DNA of 64,000 bases from Alphaproteobacteria bacterium (lineage in GTDB: Bacteria; Pseudomonadota; Alphaproteobacteria; Rs-D84), in assembly GCA_017534945.1 (NCBI GenBank), contig JAFXVB010000013.1:10640-74639 (forward strand), given 5' to 3'. Of the stretch, positions 1 to 9,152 are shown piece after piece. Each line of letters begins with the position of its first letter. The first letter of the stretch is position 1. Below the pieces are notes generated by a model. The model had not been told where the DNA came from. It saw nothing but the letters and a program-made list of their open reading frames with translations, and ran no database searches. Position numbers and translations under genes: made by a program.

Positions 1-1001
1 TGGGTTTTTAAATTTTCGGCTTTGAATATTTCCAAGAAAGAATTAAATATATCGCCTGCAACACCTTTGTAATTTGTTTTGGCTGTTGTTTCGGCAATTG
101 CTGTAAATGGCAACATCAACAAACCCAAAAACAAATCTGCAATCACGCCCAACGCAGCAAACAGATATTTCCAAATACTTTTAAGTCCCAAATATACAAT
201 AACCAATCCCAAAACCGCACCAAACAATCCAACACCAACACTGGATACAACCCAATTCCAACCGATTTTTATGACCGTCACAAAAAATGCAGACATTTGT
301 GAAGGAACACATAACAACCCCGCCGCAGATTCAGTTGTGATGTTTAACCCATTTAATGTTGATTTGGTCACATCGGCACCTTGAACATTTACCAAATATG
401 GTGAAATATTATTTGCCGCATATTCTTTGATTGCCGCGCAATTATCTGGCAAAGAAAATCCGGCGGTGCTTGTAATATTATTCCAAATAGTTGTTGATAT
501 AAATGTTCCAAACGATACAATCGGTATCATTATCATCGTGAATGCGCGCGCAATCCCAAAATCCAATATCATTATCCACGCAGAAATAATAACGCCTTTG
601 ACAATAATATCTTTTATTGTGGCTTTGGCATCGGCGCCACTGTTGATTAAATTATACCCTTCGAACGCAACCCAAAAAGCGTATGCCAACAACATAAATA
701 TAATTGCAAACCGGGTCAAAGAACTGTCCAAAGCCATACCAATTTTTGCCATACCACCCATAAATGCCAAACCCAACTTTGCTTCGATTGGCACGAAACT
801 TTCACTGACATTTACATTTTCTGGGCCAAAGTTAGTTAATTCTTTGGTCATTGTTCCGGTGACTAATTGACGATTGTTTTCTGTGGCCCACATACTGTAA
901 TCGTCGATTCCTGACTCTGTATCGGCGAAACAAGGCAACACAATAAACAGTGCGCATATTGCAATCAAAATCTTTCGAAATAAATCACGCATTTTTATCA
1001 T
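1..1001 (-). CDS. VirB6/TrbL-like polytopic membrane protein, N-terminal part only (runs off left edge)
   Basis: Absent from the ORF track because it has no stop in the window. My minus-strand translation from the ATG at 1001 (in-frame ATG at 992) gives MIKMRDLFRKILIAICALFIVLPCFA..., a signal-like N-terminus. Several long hydrophobic Gly/Ala-rich segments follow, the same architecture as the three genes upstream. It starts 6 nt after the stop of 1008..2498. Confidence 0.6.
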   Translation of the reverse strand, partial: MIKMRDLFRKILIAICALFIVLPCFADTESGIDDYSMWATENNRQLVTGTMTKELTNFGPENVNVSESFVPIEAKLGLAFMGGMAKIGMALDSSLTRFAIIFMLLAYAFWVAFEGYNLINSGADAKATIKDIIVKGVIISAWIMILDFGIARAFTMIMIPIVSFGTFISTTIWNNITSTAGFSLPDNCAAIKEYAANNISPYLVNVQGADVTKSTLNGLNITTESAAGLLCVPSQMSAFFVTVIKIGWNWVVSSVGVGLFGAVLGLVIVYLGLKSIWKYLFAALGVIADLFLGLLMLPFTAIAETTAKTNYKGVAGDIFNSFLEIFKAENLKT

Positions 1002-1007
1002 GTTGTA

Positions 1008-2498
1008 TTAACTCTTTTTGCTTTGTTTTTTCGACACTGCGGCTGAAATCCATTTTTGTGGTGCATGCCATGTTTTTTGACCTAAATCATGTGTCCATTT
1101 ACCAATATCAAATTCTTCGCCTGTGCCAACATCAGCCTTTTCGCCGGGGATGGGTAATTTGACCTTTCCCGCCGGTATTAATTTATCGATTTTTGGATTC
1201 AACACATAATAGTATAACAAGAATAAACCAAACATTGTCACCAAAAATGACCAACCGTTTTTCAAAAAGTCAAATGCACCCGGATGTTGTTCTTCTATTT
1301 GTGCTTTTTGAACCATAAAGCAATCTTTGAATGTATCGTCATCAACCAAACCGTCGGCATTCTTAGATTGCGCTTCGCATACAGAAAACGCATGCATCAC
1401 AGATTCTGTTGCTGGTGTTGTGTTATGTGTTATTTGTGTTTCAAATAGTGGTGGCAAAATTGCGGTATACCCATCAACCGGGCCCGGAAACATTTCGTCT
1501 GCACAGAAATAAACAATGGAAAACAACATAACAATTTTCAAAGATATAGATATAATTGATACCGCCGCTTTGACGACAATACCCAATGCTTTGCTGAATA
1601 ATCCTTTGGCAACCTTCCAAACGGTTTCGTATGCCAATGCTGCAATTAAAAATGGTAAAAATATGATAACGAAAACGACCTGAAATAATACAGAAAATAT
1701 TTGAAAGAATAAATCAAACCCAACAATTAAAAATGCAATTACCAATACTAATCCGGCAATCCATGTCATCATACCACCGCCCATGCCCATCCATGCATAG
1801 TTCATCAATGCAAATCCCCCAGCGGCACCCGCCAACATAACAGAATATAAATTGCCCAAAACGCACATAAATGAACCGCCAACCGGTGCCATTGCCCCAG
1901 ATAATGTTGCCGACCCCATAATTGCGGTACAATCCGCCGCCGTATTGACACCGGTTGCCGCCATAGACAATGCTGATCCAATATACAATATTGGCGAGAT
2001 TAAAATATCGGCCACAGTTCGCAATGATTCTGTCCCGCCCATACCCAACACACCGATTGCGGCACCTGCAAATAAAATACGTGCGCCTAATTTCCATACT
2101 GGATTAAACCATGTCATAAAATCCAGATTGTTAACAGCCGTTGAATACGATGCATTTTTTTTCATTTTATCCCACAGATATTTTGCCGCGGATAAAAACA
2201 TATAAATTGCAAATCCTGCGCCCATCAAAATCCATAGATTTTTAACGATTGCAATCCAAAACATTTCGGATGCTTGACCCAACATATTTAACAAATCAAC
2301 GACATGTTTACCCAAAAACATATTGCCAACATTTTCAATGCCGTCACTTGCGCCAATTGCATACATAAAACTGTCAACTGAAGTATATGTCAAAGCCGCC
2401 CCACCAATTGACGAAGATAAATACCAAATACCCAACCCCAGTGCAATCAGCACGAACACAATTTTTATGATAAGAGCAATAATTTTAGCTTTTAACAT
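1008..2498 (-). CDS. VirB6/TrbL-like polytopic membrane protein (496 aa)
   Basis: N-terminal TM segment, many long Gly/Ala-rich hydrophobic segments, a hydrophilic Cys-containing loop and a Lys-rich tail. It shares a DSFMY motif with 3721..4944. It sits in a tightly packed 4-gene operon, and virB8-10 are present elsewhere in the window. Confidence 0.6.
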   Translation of the reverse strand: MLKAKIIALIIKIVFVLIALGLGIWYLSSSIGGAALTYTSVDSFMYAIGASDGIENVGNMFLGKHVVDLLNMLGQASEMFWIAIVKNLWILMGAGFAIYMFLSAAKYLWDKMKKNASYSTAVNNLDFMTWFNPVWKLGARILFAGAAIGVLGMGGTESLRTVADILISPILYIGSALSMAATGVNTAADCTAIMGSATLSGAMAPVGGSFMCVLGNLYSVMLAGAAGGFALMNYAWMGMGGGMMTWIAGLVLVIAFLIVGFDLFFQIFSVLFQVVFVIIFLPFLIAALAYETVWKVAKGLFSKALGIVVKAAVSIISISLKIVMLFSIVYFCADEMFPGPVDGYTAILPPLFETQITHNTTPATESVMHAFSVCEAQSKNADGLVDDDTFKDCFMVQKAQIEEQHPGAFDFLKNGWSFLVTMFGLFLLYYYVLNPKIDKLIPAGKVKLPIPGEKADVGTGEEFDIGKWTHDLGQKTWHAPQKWISAAVSKKQSKKS

Positions 2499-2506
2499 TT
2501 TTTTAT

Positions 2507-3721
2507 TTATTCCGCATTTTTCTTAACCATTTTAAATAATTTTTTACCGCCATTAAAAGTATCTTTTGTTAATTGCATTATACTGTCGCCCAATTTTTCT
2601 CCAACTGGATTTTTACTTGCAGATACATTGAATATACCCAAAATCATATTGGTCACTTTTGGGATATTGTCATAAATAAATTCTAATACATACACCAAAA
2701 CAACAACGCTGGCTATGGTTAAATCGTGAAGTCCCGAAGAATCCAAATCAAATTCAAAAACCTGGCCACTGTTGATTGCATTCAATAATGCATCGAAACT
2801 ATCACCTGTGTTATCAACAAAGAATCGCATAAGTATAACCAAAATAACAGTATAAGTAATCACCGCCGCCCCCAGCGACACAATTGCACTGATTACATTT
2901 TTAATTTGATCAACACCGACATCTTTACCTAATTTTTTTGCCCACGCCAACCAATCAGGCATATCGCCATCTTTGATATCTTGAAACGATGCGGTCACCA
3001 AAGATAAAGGAAAGAAAAACGCAAACATCGCCATTGCAACAATAACATCTGCGAAATAACATAAAAATTTAAAGAACATCTTGAAAAATGTTATAAACAA
3101 ATACAGACCAATAATCGCAAGAATGAAATGTTTTATAATTATACCAATATTAAAAATTTTAGGCCAAGAAAACGCAGTATCCAACATCGCAACCCCAAGT
3201 TTCATATAATTTTGAAACATGGTAATTGTGACTTTGGCTGTATCAATAATTGCATCGCGTAATTGCGGACGAAACATACCACTATCTGCCTCACTAATTT
3301 CCACAGGTTTATATAACACTTGGTCATCAATATGGTCTGGGGTTTGTTTCAACATCGCCACAGAGTATGTTTGTGTTAAATATGCGACCGGTTCAAATGT
3401 TACCATACTGACAAAACGCGGTACCATAACACCCATACCTAAAAATGCCAATGCAAATAAAGAATTTTTTATAATTGTCCATACCGAATTTTTAAACCAA
3501 CCATCTTTGAATCCATCGGCAAATTTACCGGTTAAATTTTTCCATACAACACCAAATATATAAAACCCAAAAATAATACAGAACAATATAGTGCATATTA
3601 CAACAAAATCATTATATACTGCGGCGGCGGCCTGGGACACAACCAAAAACAGGCGGTCAAACACCGGACAAGACCAGCATTGTACGGCATTATCAATAAA
3701 AGCGTATCCCAAACTATTCAT
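2507..3721 (-). CDS. VirB6/TrbL-like polytopic membrane protein (404 aa), CWSCPVF class
   Basis: Multi-TM protein with N-terminal VQCWSCPVFDRL, a motif shared with 5005..6345. Its start codon overlaps the upstream stop by 1 nt (TAATG at 3719-3723). Confidence 0.55.
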   Translation of the reverse strand: MNSLGYAFIDNAVQCWSCPVFDRLFLVVSQAAAAVYNDFVVICTILFCIIFGFYIFGVVWKNLTGKFADGFKDGWFKNSVWTIIKNSLFALAFLGMGVMVPRFVSMVTFEPVAYLTQTYSVAMLKQTPDHIDDQVLYKPVEISEADSGMFRPQLRDAIIDTAKVTITMFQNYMKLGVAMLDTAFSWPKIFNIGIIIKHFILAIIGLYLFITFFKMFFKFLCYFADVIVAMAMFAFFFPLSLVTASFQDIKDGDMPDWLAWAKKLGKDVGVDQIKNVISAIVSLGAAVITYTVILVILMRFFVDNTGDSFDALLNAINSGQVFEFDLDSSGLHDLTIASVVVLVYVLEFIYDNIPKVTNMILGIFNVSASKNPVGEKLGDSIMQLTKDTFNGGKKLFKMVKKNAE

Positions 3722-4944
3722 TATTTGCCTTTTACATATTGTTTGATGTCTTTTACTTTTCCAGGAATTGCCTTTGCAATTCCAAATCCTGTTTTTGCAT
3801 CCTTTTTAACTTTGTTGTATAACTCTGTTCCGTTGTTTCCAACATATTCAGTAAGTTTTTCGCGTGTAATTTCAAATAATTTATTCATCAAAAAGAAAGT
3901 TAGTATACACGACAACCATAATACAGAATGTCCACCAAACCCGCCGCCCCCATTTGTAAATGCGTTATTATTCCATTGAAACAATGCGTGTATCAACGCC
4001 ATGTTTACACATAATATAAAAGCACATGCAATCATCGTTATAATGATTTGTTTTAATGCATCAATAATCCCGGAAAAAGCCGGCCAAATATCAAACCAAC
4101 CATCGTTCTTTTTTGCAACCCATGCAACCACATTAAACGGATATAAAATCAAAGCCATGCCAAAATTAAATATTGCCTGGATAATTAATAATGCCATAAA
4201 TATATTACACCCTGTAAATGTGACAACCAATAATATACCACTGATGATATCCATAAACCCATGACCATCGCGAATCATAAATGTTGCCAAACTTTGAAAT
4301 CCATTTGATATATATTGAAAACCGCGTTTGACAATAGCATTATTTGCGCCCGACAAAACATGCACAGGTTGAATTAAATAATTGCAAGATTCTGCATCCA
4401 ACCAACCTTGATTTAACAAATTTTCTGGACAATGTATTTCGCGTCCCTGAATTTCTGTTGATGTTAAATCAGTTGATTGTTGTATAATTGCAGAAGTATA
4501 AATCGACCCAAAACTTAAAAAAGGATTTATTAAATATTTTGCCATTTTATCTGGATGCAAAGGTAATAATACAATAACCGCAACCAAAGCGCGTACCGAT
4601 GGTTTTAAAAGATTTTCTATAATTTTTATACCACCGGTGTTATTGATACTGTCCCCAGGTTTAAATCCAAAAGTGGTAAGCCAAAATTTCGGTACATAAA
4701 GTTTGATTAAATACGAAGCAATATAAAATATAAAAAATCCCCAAACCAAAACATAAACTATACCATTACCATCACCAACAAAATATGCATATGTTCCATT
4801 TGCAACATACATAAAAGAATCTAAAACAATTGGAACCAACCCAGAAATATCCAACGCATCAATAATCGATGCACAAGCCGTATTCGGCGCAAAAGCACCA
4901 AATACCAAGAACAATCCACATAAAAAATTTTTTATAAATTTCAT
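3721..4944 (-). CDS. VirB6/TrbL-like polytopic membrane protein (407 aa)
   Basis: Signal-like N-terminus (FGAFAPNTACA) and multiple TM segments. The DSFMY motif is shared with 1008..2498. It is the first gene of the minus-strand operon. Confidence 0.55.
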   Translation of the reverse strand: MKFIKNFLCGLFLVFGAFAPNTACASIIDALDISGLVPIVLDSFMYVANGTYAYFVGDGNGIVYVLVWGFFIFYIASYLIKLYVPKFWLTTFGFKPGDSINNTGGIKIIENLLKPSVRALVAVIVLLPLHPDKMAKYLINPFLSFGSIYTSAIIQQSTDLTSTEIQGREIHCPENLLNQGWLDAESCNYLIQPVHVLSGANNAIVKRGFQYISNGFQSLATFMIRDGHGFMDIISGILLVVTFTGCNIFMALLIIQAIFNFGMALILYPFNVVAWVAKKNDGWFDIWPAFSGIIDALKQIIITMIACAFILCVNMALIHALFQWNNNAFTNGGGGFGGHSVLWLSCILTFFLMNKLFEITREKLTEYVGNNGTELYNKVKKDAKTGFGIAKAIPGKVKDIKQYVKGK

Positions 4945-5004
4945 GTTTAATATTTGTTATTGTAATTATAGAACATTTTGATAAAGTTATGCTATAATTA
5001 AAAT

Positions 5005-6345
5005 ATGAATTGGTTAAAAAAATTTTGGATAACATTTGTATCTTTTCTGCCTTTGACGGCGGGGGCAATTACACCGTTGGCAATTGGTGCGATTGGTGCG
5101 GGTGTGGGCATAATTGGATTTTCAATTTATCGCAGTGTTTCACCCGTAAATATTGTTGATGCGTTGTCGTTTTTTTCATCATGTTGGTCGTGCCAAGTTT
5201 TTTCAAATATCATTGGTGAAATGTCTATGTTGTTGCCAATTACATACAAGTATTTGGGCAATGTAATAATACCTGTGGCGATTGCATTAACTGCGATTTG
5301 GTTCGCGTGGCAAATTACACAAATTTATATTGGACCAAAAAAAGATGTTGCCGATATAACCGATGGTGACGGCGTGGCAAATCCTTGGTCTATTGGCGGA
5401 AAATTTGGTTCACATTTGATAAAGGTTTTATTTGTATGTGCATTATTGGCGGTACCATTACCGCGGATGATATCAAATATTGTTATTGAACCAATGTTTG
5501 ACATTGGTTTATCTTTGAATTATTCAATATCCGATATTGATTCTCGTGAAAATTATGCCGATTGTATAATCGCAACCGCAATAGCGGATCGCACCAGTAT
5601 AGAGGCTGATTATCAACAATCATCTATCAATGCGTTTTCACCAAGATTCCGTCATAACCTTACATGTCAAATTGCAAATGTGCATCAAATGACAGGATTG
5701 GGTATGACAATTGGTTGGACAATGTTAAATATGGCGTTCAATAATGATTACATGCATAAAATAATTCTGGATATACCAATCTTTCCAAATATTCCTTTGT
5801 TGGCAACCGGATTATTAGTATTGGTATTGTATTTTACGGCATTATTGCCAATACCATTATATTTCTTGGAAATATTTATAAAATTGGCAATAGATTTCAT
5901 TTTGTTGCCATTGACTTTATTAAGTTGGTTGTTTGGCGGATGGAAATTATTTCCAAATGGCAAACGCAATTTTCAACAAATCATAGATGATGTTATAAGT
6001 GGCACTTTGGGATTAGCAATGACGGGGATATTTTTAACTTTTTCAATTATGGTATTAAATACTGTGTTTGGAAATACTGGCGACACCACCACTATCCATG
6101 CGGCAATTGCCCAAAACGATTCGAAATTATTAATAGACGGCCTTATGAATACAACGGCGAACACATCGCTTATCACCATAATATTGCTGGGTATATTTAT
6201 GACAATGTTTATGAATATGATACCGGCATTGATAAAATCGCTGTTTAATATCACAATATCCGACAAATACTATCAAACCGCGAAAAAAGACCTGAATATT
6301 TTATGGGATGGTGCAAAAAAAATCTGGAAATCTGCAAAAAAATAA
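5005..6345 (+). CDS. VirB6/TrbL-like polytopic membrane protein (446 aa), CWSCQVF class, divergent from the other four
   Basis: Multi-TM protein with the SSCWSCQVFSNI motif, as in 2507..3721. TGCTATAAT (4990-4998) lies 6 nt upstream of the ATG and there is no Shine-Dalgarno. Confidence 0.55.
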   Translation: MNWLKKFWITFVSFLPLTAGAITPLAIGAIGAGVGIIGFSIYRSVSPVNIVDALSFFSSCWSCQVFSNIIGEMSMLLPITYKYLGNVIIPVAIALTAIWFAWQITQIYIGPKKDVADITDGDGVANPWSIGGKFGSHLIKVLFVCALLAVPLPRMISNIVIEPMFDIGLSLNYSISDIDSRENYADCIIATAIADRTSIEADYQQSSINAFSPRFRHNLTCQIANVHQMTGLGMTIGWTMLNMAFNNDYMHKIILDIPIFPNIPLLATGLLVLVLYFTALLPIPLYFLEIFIKLAIDFILLPLTLLSWLFGGWKLFPNGKRNFQQIIDDVISGTLGLAMTGIFLTFSIMVLNTVFGNTGDTTTIHAAIAQNDSKLLIDGLMNTTANTSLITIILLGIFMTMFMNMIPALIKSLFNITISDKYYQTAKKDLNILWDGAKKIWKSAKK

Positions 6346-6381
6346 AAATCAAGTAATTTATTTGCATCAACCCCCTTTTTT

Positions 6382-6924
6382 ATGCCACCCGAATCTGGTA
6401 TACTATGTATCGTGATGACAAAGTTTCCGATTCTTTATTGGCCACGAAAAACCACAGATGATGCTGAATATCAGTTGGCGCGCAAGGTTATAAATGGCGC
6501 CGTAGGCACGATGCCATCGGTTATAACGGATAATCTGGATTTGGATGCCATAATGAACGAAAATCCGGAAAGTGTGGTATATTATCCTGTGTTTTGCGGT
6601 TCAACCGGTTGGTGGGGCGAATTATTAGGCGCAGGTGCGGTTGTTGTTGACAAAATGATAATTTCCCCAGAATGTCAATTGATGGTAATCACATCGGACA
6701 AAAATGCCAATTCCAAAGGCGTGAACCAGTTATTGGCGGCGGAAATTTATCCAACAAGTGGATTTTTCAAAAAAATGAATTCATCAATTGCAACGGTGGC
6801 CGATATGTTGGCAACCGATGCTGGGACGATTCTGGCTTTGTTTTCCGGTTCCAACCAAGGTAAATTTATAAACATTTTGGAATCGACCGGAAATTCATAT
6901 TTAGGATGTATCGGTCGATATTAA
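6382..6924 (+). CDS. hypothetical soluble protein (180 aa; alternative start 6415)
   Basis: ORF 36 nt downstream of, and co-oriented with, the plus-strand VirB6-like gene. No TM segment or signal peptide and no motif I recognise. A weak hairpin plus T10 run follows at about 6938-6964. Confidence 0.45.
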   Translation: MPPESGILCIVMTKFPILYWPRKTTDDAEYQLARKVINGAVGTMPSVITDNLDLDAIMNENPESVVYYPVFCGSTGWWGELLGAGAVVVDKMIISPECQLMVITSDKNANSKGVNQLLAAEIYPTSGFFKKMNSSIATVADMLATDAGTILALFSGSNQGKFINILESTGNSYLGCIGRY

Positions 6925-7022
6925 AAATAGAGAAATGGTGGCGTAAAACGCCTGTTTTTTTTTTATAAAAATATTGCAAGAGTTTCAAAATCTCACTAAC
7001 ATAATTTTAACAGGGGAATAAA

Positions 7023-7619
7023 ATGTTTAAAAAAGCAAATGTTGTTGTTTTTGATTTTGATGGCACATTATCTGCATCTGATTCGAATTTGGCGTTTGGG
7101 CGATATTGTTTTCGGCACTCGTGCCGCCCATGGCTGTTTTTGCCGGTGTTTTTGGTCGGTTTAATTGGGTATTACATAAATCAGCGCAGCAAATGGTCGC
7201 GTGAAGTTATGCGTTGTTTTACGACCCCTAAAATGGTGGAAAAATTCGCCCCAATTGCAATTCGCGAACATAAATTAAAAAGATTTGGCTGGGCAAAGGC
7301 TCAGGTTGCCAAAGAACACGCCGCCGGTAATATTTGTATTTTGATTTCGGCTGGCCCAGATTATATGATTCCAAAATTGGTGTGCGACATGAAATTTGAC
7401 GCGGTTATTACATCACAAATGAACAAGAAAAAACCATGGAAGTATAAATTTATGTGCTGGGGGCCGGACAAGGTTGTTGCGCTGGACAGATGGGCAAAAA
7501 AGAATAAAATTATTCCACATGTTGTGCGCGCCTATGGCGACAGTCCGTCTGACAAATACATAATGAATATGGCAGATACCGAAATTTGGATAAACCGCAA
7601 AACCGGCCTGCCTAAATAA
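7023..7619 (+). CDS. HAD-superfamily hydrolase (phosphoserine-phosphatase-like subfamily)
   Basis: N-terminal VVFDFDGTLS (DxDGT motif I) and a C-terminal GDSPSD motif. A hydrophobic insert follows motif I. Confidence 0.75.
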   Translation: MFKKANVVVFDFDGTLSASDSNLAFGRYCFRHSCRPWLFLPVFLVGLIGYYINQRSKWSREVMRCFTTPKMVEKFAPIAIREHKLKRFGWAKAQVAKEHAAGNICILISAGPDYMIPKLVCDMKFDAVITSQMNKKKPWKYKFMCWGPDKVVALDRWAKKNKIIPHVVRAYGDSPSDKYIMNMADTEIWINRKTGLPK

Positions 7620-7645
7620 AAAAATGCCCACCCGGGCATTTTTTA
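7617..7645. terminator. bidirectional rho-independent terminator
   Basis: AAAAATGCCC-ACCC-GGGCATTTTT hairpin flanked by A and T runs. It lies between the convergent HAD gene and rmuC. Confidence 0.8.
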
Positions 7646-7656
7646 TATAACAATAA

Positions 7657-7724
7657 TTGAACTTTGCACTTTGAAATTTGAACTTTGGAAGATTAAAATT
7701 TTATAAAATAAAATTTTAATCTTC
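7657..7724 (+). repeat. heptad-repeat element copy 1: (TTGNACT)n array 7657-7688 plus 16-bp-stem hairpin 7688-7724
   Basis: TTGAACT TTGCACT TTGAAAT TTGAACT TTGG, then GAAGATTAAAATTTTA-TAAAA-TAAAATTTTAATCTTC. The 3' arm contains the rmuC stop codon. Confidence 0.8.
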
Positions 7725-8594
7725 TCCAAACTCCATATCGCGCAATTTTTCGGCGCGTGGCGAAATTTTTGATACAGATGTTTGTAATTGTTCGATATCT
7801 GTTTGCGCCAAATTGAAATGTTGTGAAACCTTTGCTGCGCGGTCACTAAGTCGCGACAGATCGCCCAATAACAAATCTAACTCTTTCTTTATTTGACCGG
7901 CAACGCGTTTTATTTTTATGTCGGCCAATACCGCGCGAATCGTATTCAATGTTGCCCACAGGGTCGCTGGGGATACAATAAACACTTTTTTACGGGCCGC
8001 GTATTCAATGGTGTTTGGAAATTCAGTATGTAATTCTTCGAATATAGATTCTGATGCAATAAACATCATCGCACTTTCTGCGGTCACCCCTGGAATAATA
8101 TATTTTTCAGCGATTGCATCAATATGTTTTCGCACATCTAATTCAAATTGTTTTTTTGCGCCAATATCATTTTTATCGTTCAAAATACGATTATAACTTT
8201 CCAGCGGAAATTTACTATCGATAATCATATCGCCCGGCGGATAAGGTAATCTTATAACGCAATCTGGGCGCACACCGGTTGATAACACAGTTTGAAATCC
8301 GTATGTTTCTGGGGGCATAATATCACGCACTAAATCTTCTAATTGGCGTTCGCCAAATGTTCCGCGTGCCTGTTTGTTTCCCATTAAAATATCTTTGAAA
8401 TTCGCGATGTCCGTACTAATATTCTTCAATTCCAAAGCATTTTGACTCAACATCCCCAACCTTTCTGCCAACCGTTCGCGGAGCCTTGTGTTATCTTCGC
8501 GCAGGGGCGATAAATCCACAGTGTTCTTACGGAAAATTAACACCAAAAGCAAAATTACAATAATAATCAAAAGCGGTAAAATATAGGTTGTCAT
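7716..8594 (-). CDS. rmuC: DNA recombination protein RmuC (short form, about 292 aa)
   Basis: N-terminal TM, a coiled-coil region and an RmuC nuclease-like core (GTFGERQLEDLV..., DSKFPLESY). The start at 8594 has an AAAGGA SD. The ORF-track start at 8618 is the alternative. Confidence 0.85.
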   Translation of the reverse strand: MTTYILPLLIIIVILLLVLIFRKNTVDLSPLREDNTRLRERLAERLGMLSQNALELKNISTDIANFKDILMGNKQARGTFGERQLEDLVRDIMPPETYGFQTVLSTGVRPDCVIRLPYPPGDMIIDSKFPLESYNRILNDKNDIGAKKQFELDVRKHIDAIAEKYIIPGVTAESAMMFIASESIFEELHTEFPNTIEYAARKKVFIVSPATLWATLNTIRAVLADIKIKRVAGQIKKELDLLLGDLSRLSDRAAKVSQHFNLAQTDIEQLQTSVSKISPRAEKLRDMEFGED

Positions 8595-8648
8595 TTGAAA
8601 ATCCTTTGCTAAAATCAAGAATATAACAAATTATAAAGGATTTTATAA

Positions 8649-9152
8649 ATGTTGCAAATGAAACTTTGTGGTGACCCAATTTTGCGTACAGAATGCACGC
8701 CGGTTGAAAAAATCGATGACAAATTATTGGAAACATTGGATACAATGGTTGATATGATGCGCGCACAAAGTGGCGTGGGGTTGGCCGCGCCCCAGGTTGG
8801 TATCACACAAAGGTTTCTGGTTATGATGACACCGGACGATGAAAAAATTTTCAAAATGATAAACCCGGTGATTACATCACGCAGTGAAAAAACAGTCGTA
8901 ATGGAAGAAGGTTGCCTGTCGGTTCTTGGGGGCGATAATTTACCTGTATATGCAAATGTTTCACGTCCCGAAAGTATAAATGTTCAATGGACGGACGAAA
9001 ATGGCGAAACACAATCTGCGGAAATGTCGGGCGTGCCGGCGCGAATTGTGCAACATGAAACAGATCACCTGGACGGGAAATTATTTATAGATTATTTGTC
9101 GGGTGCCCGTAGAGAGATGGTTATGCGTAAAGTGCGGAGGCATAAAAAATGA
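8649..9152 (+). CDS. def: peptide deformylase
   Basis: GLAAPQVG, EGCLS and HETDHLDG metal-binding motifs. Confidence 0.95.
   Translation: MLQMKLCGDPILRTECTPVEKIDDKLLETLDTMVDMMRAQSGVGLAAPQVGITQRFLVMMTPDDEKIFKMINPVITSRSEKTVVMEEGCLSVLGGDNLPVYANVSRPESINVQWTDENGETQSAEMSGVPARIVQHETDHLDGKLFIDYLSGARREMVMRKVRRHKK

Noticed and set aside
79-870. Plus-strand ORFs 79..384 and 427..870
   Set aside because: They lie antisense to a much more convincing minus-strand open frame, the partial VirB6-like gene at 1..1001. Their translations are low-complexity (Pro/Asn/Ile-rich) with no start context.
7657-7688. Heptad arrays as a CRISPR array or a sigma-54 promoter (TTGCAC)
   Set aside because: The units are only 7 bp, are contiguous with no spacers, and there are no cas genes. 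The sigma-54 consensus needs GG and GC dinucleotides 10 nt apart, which neither strand provides.
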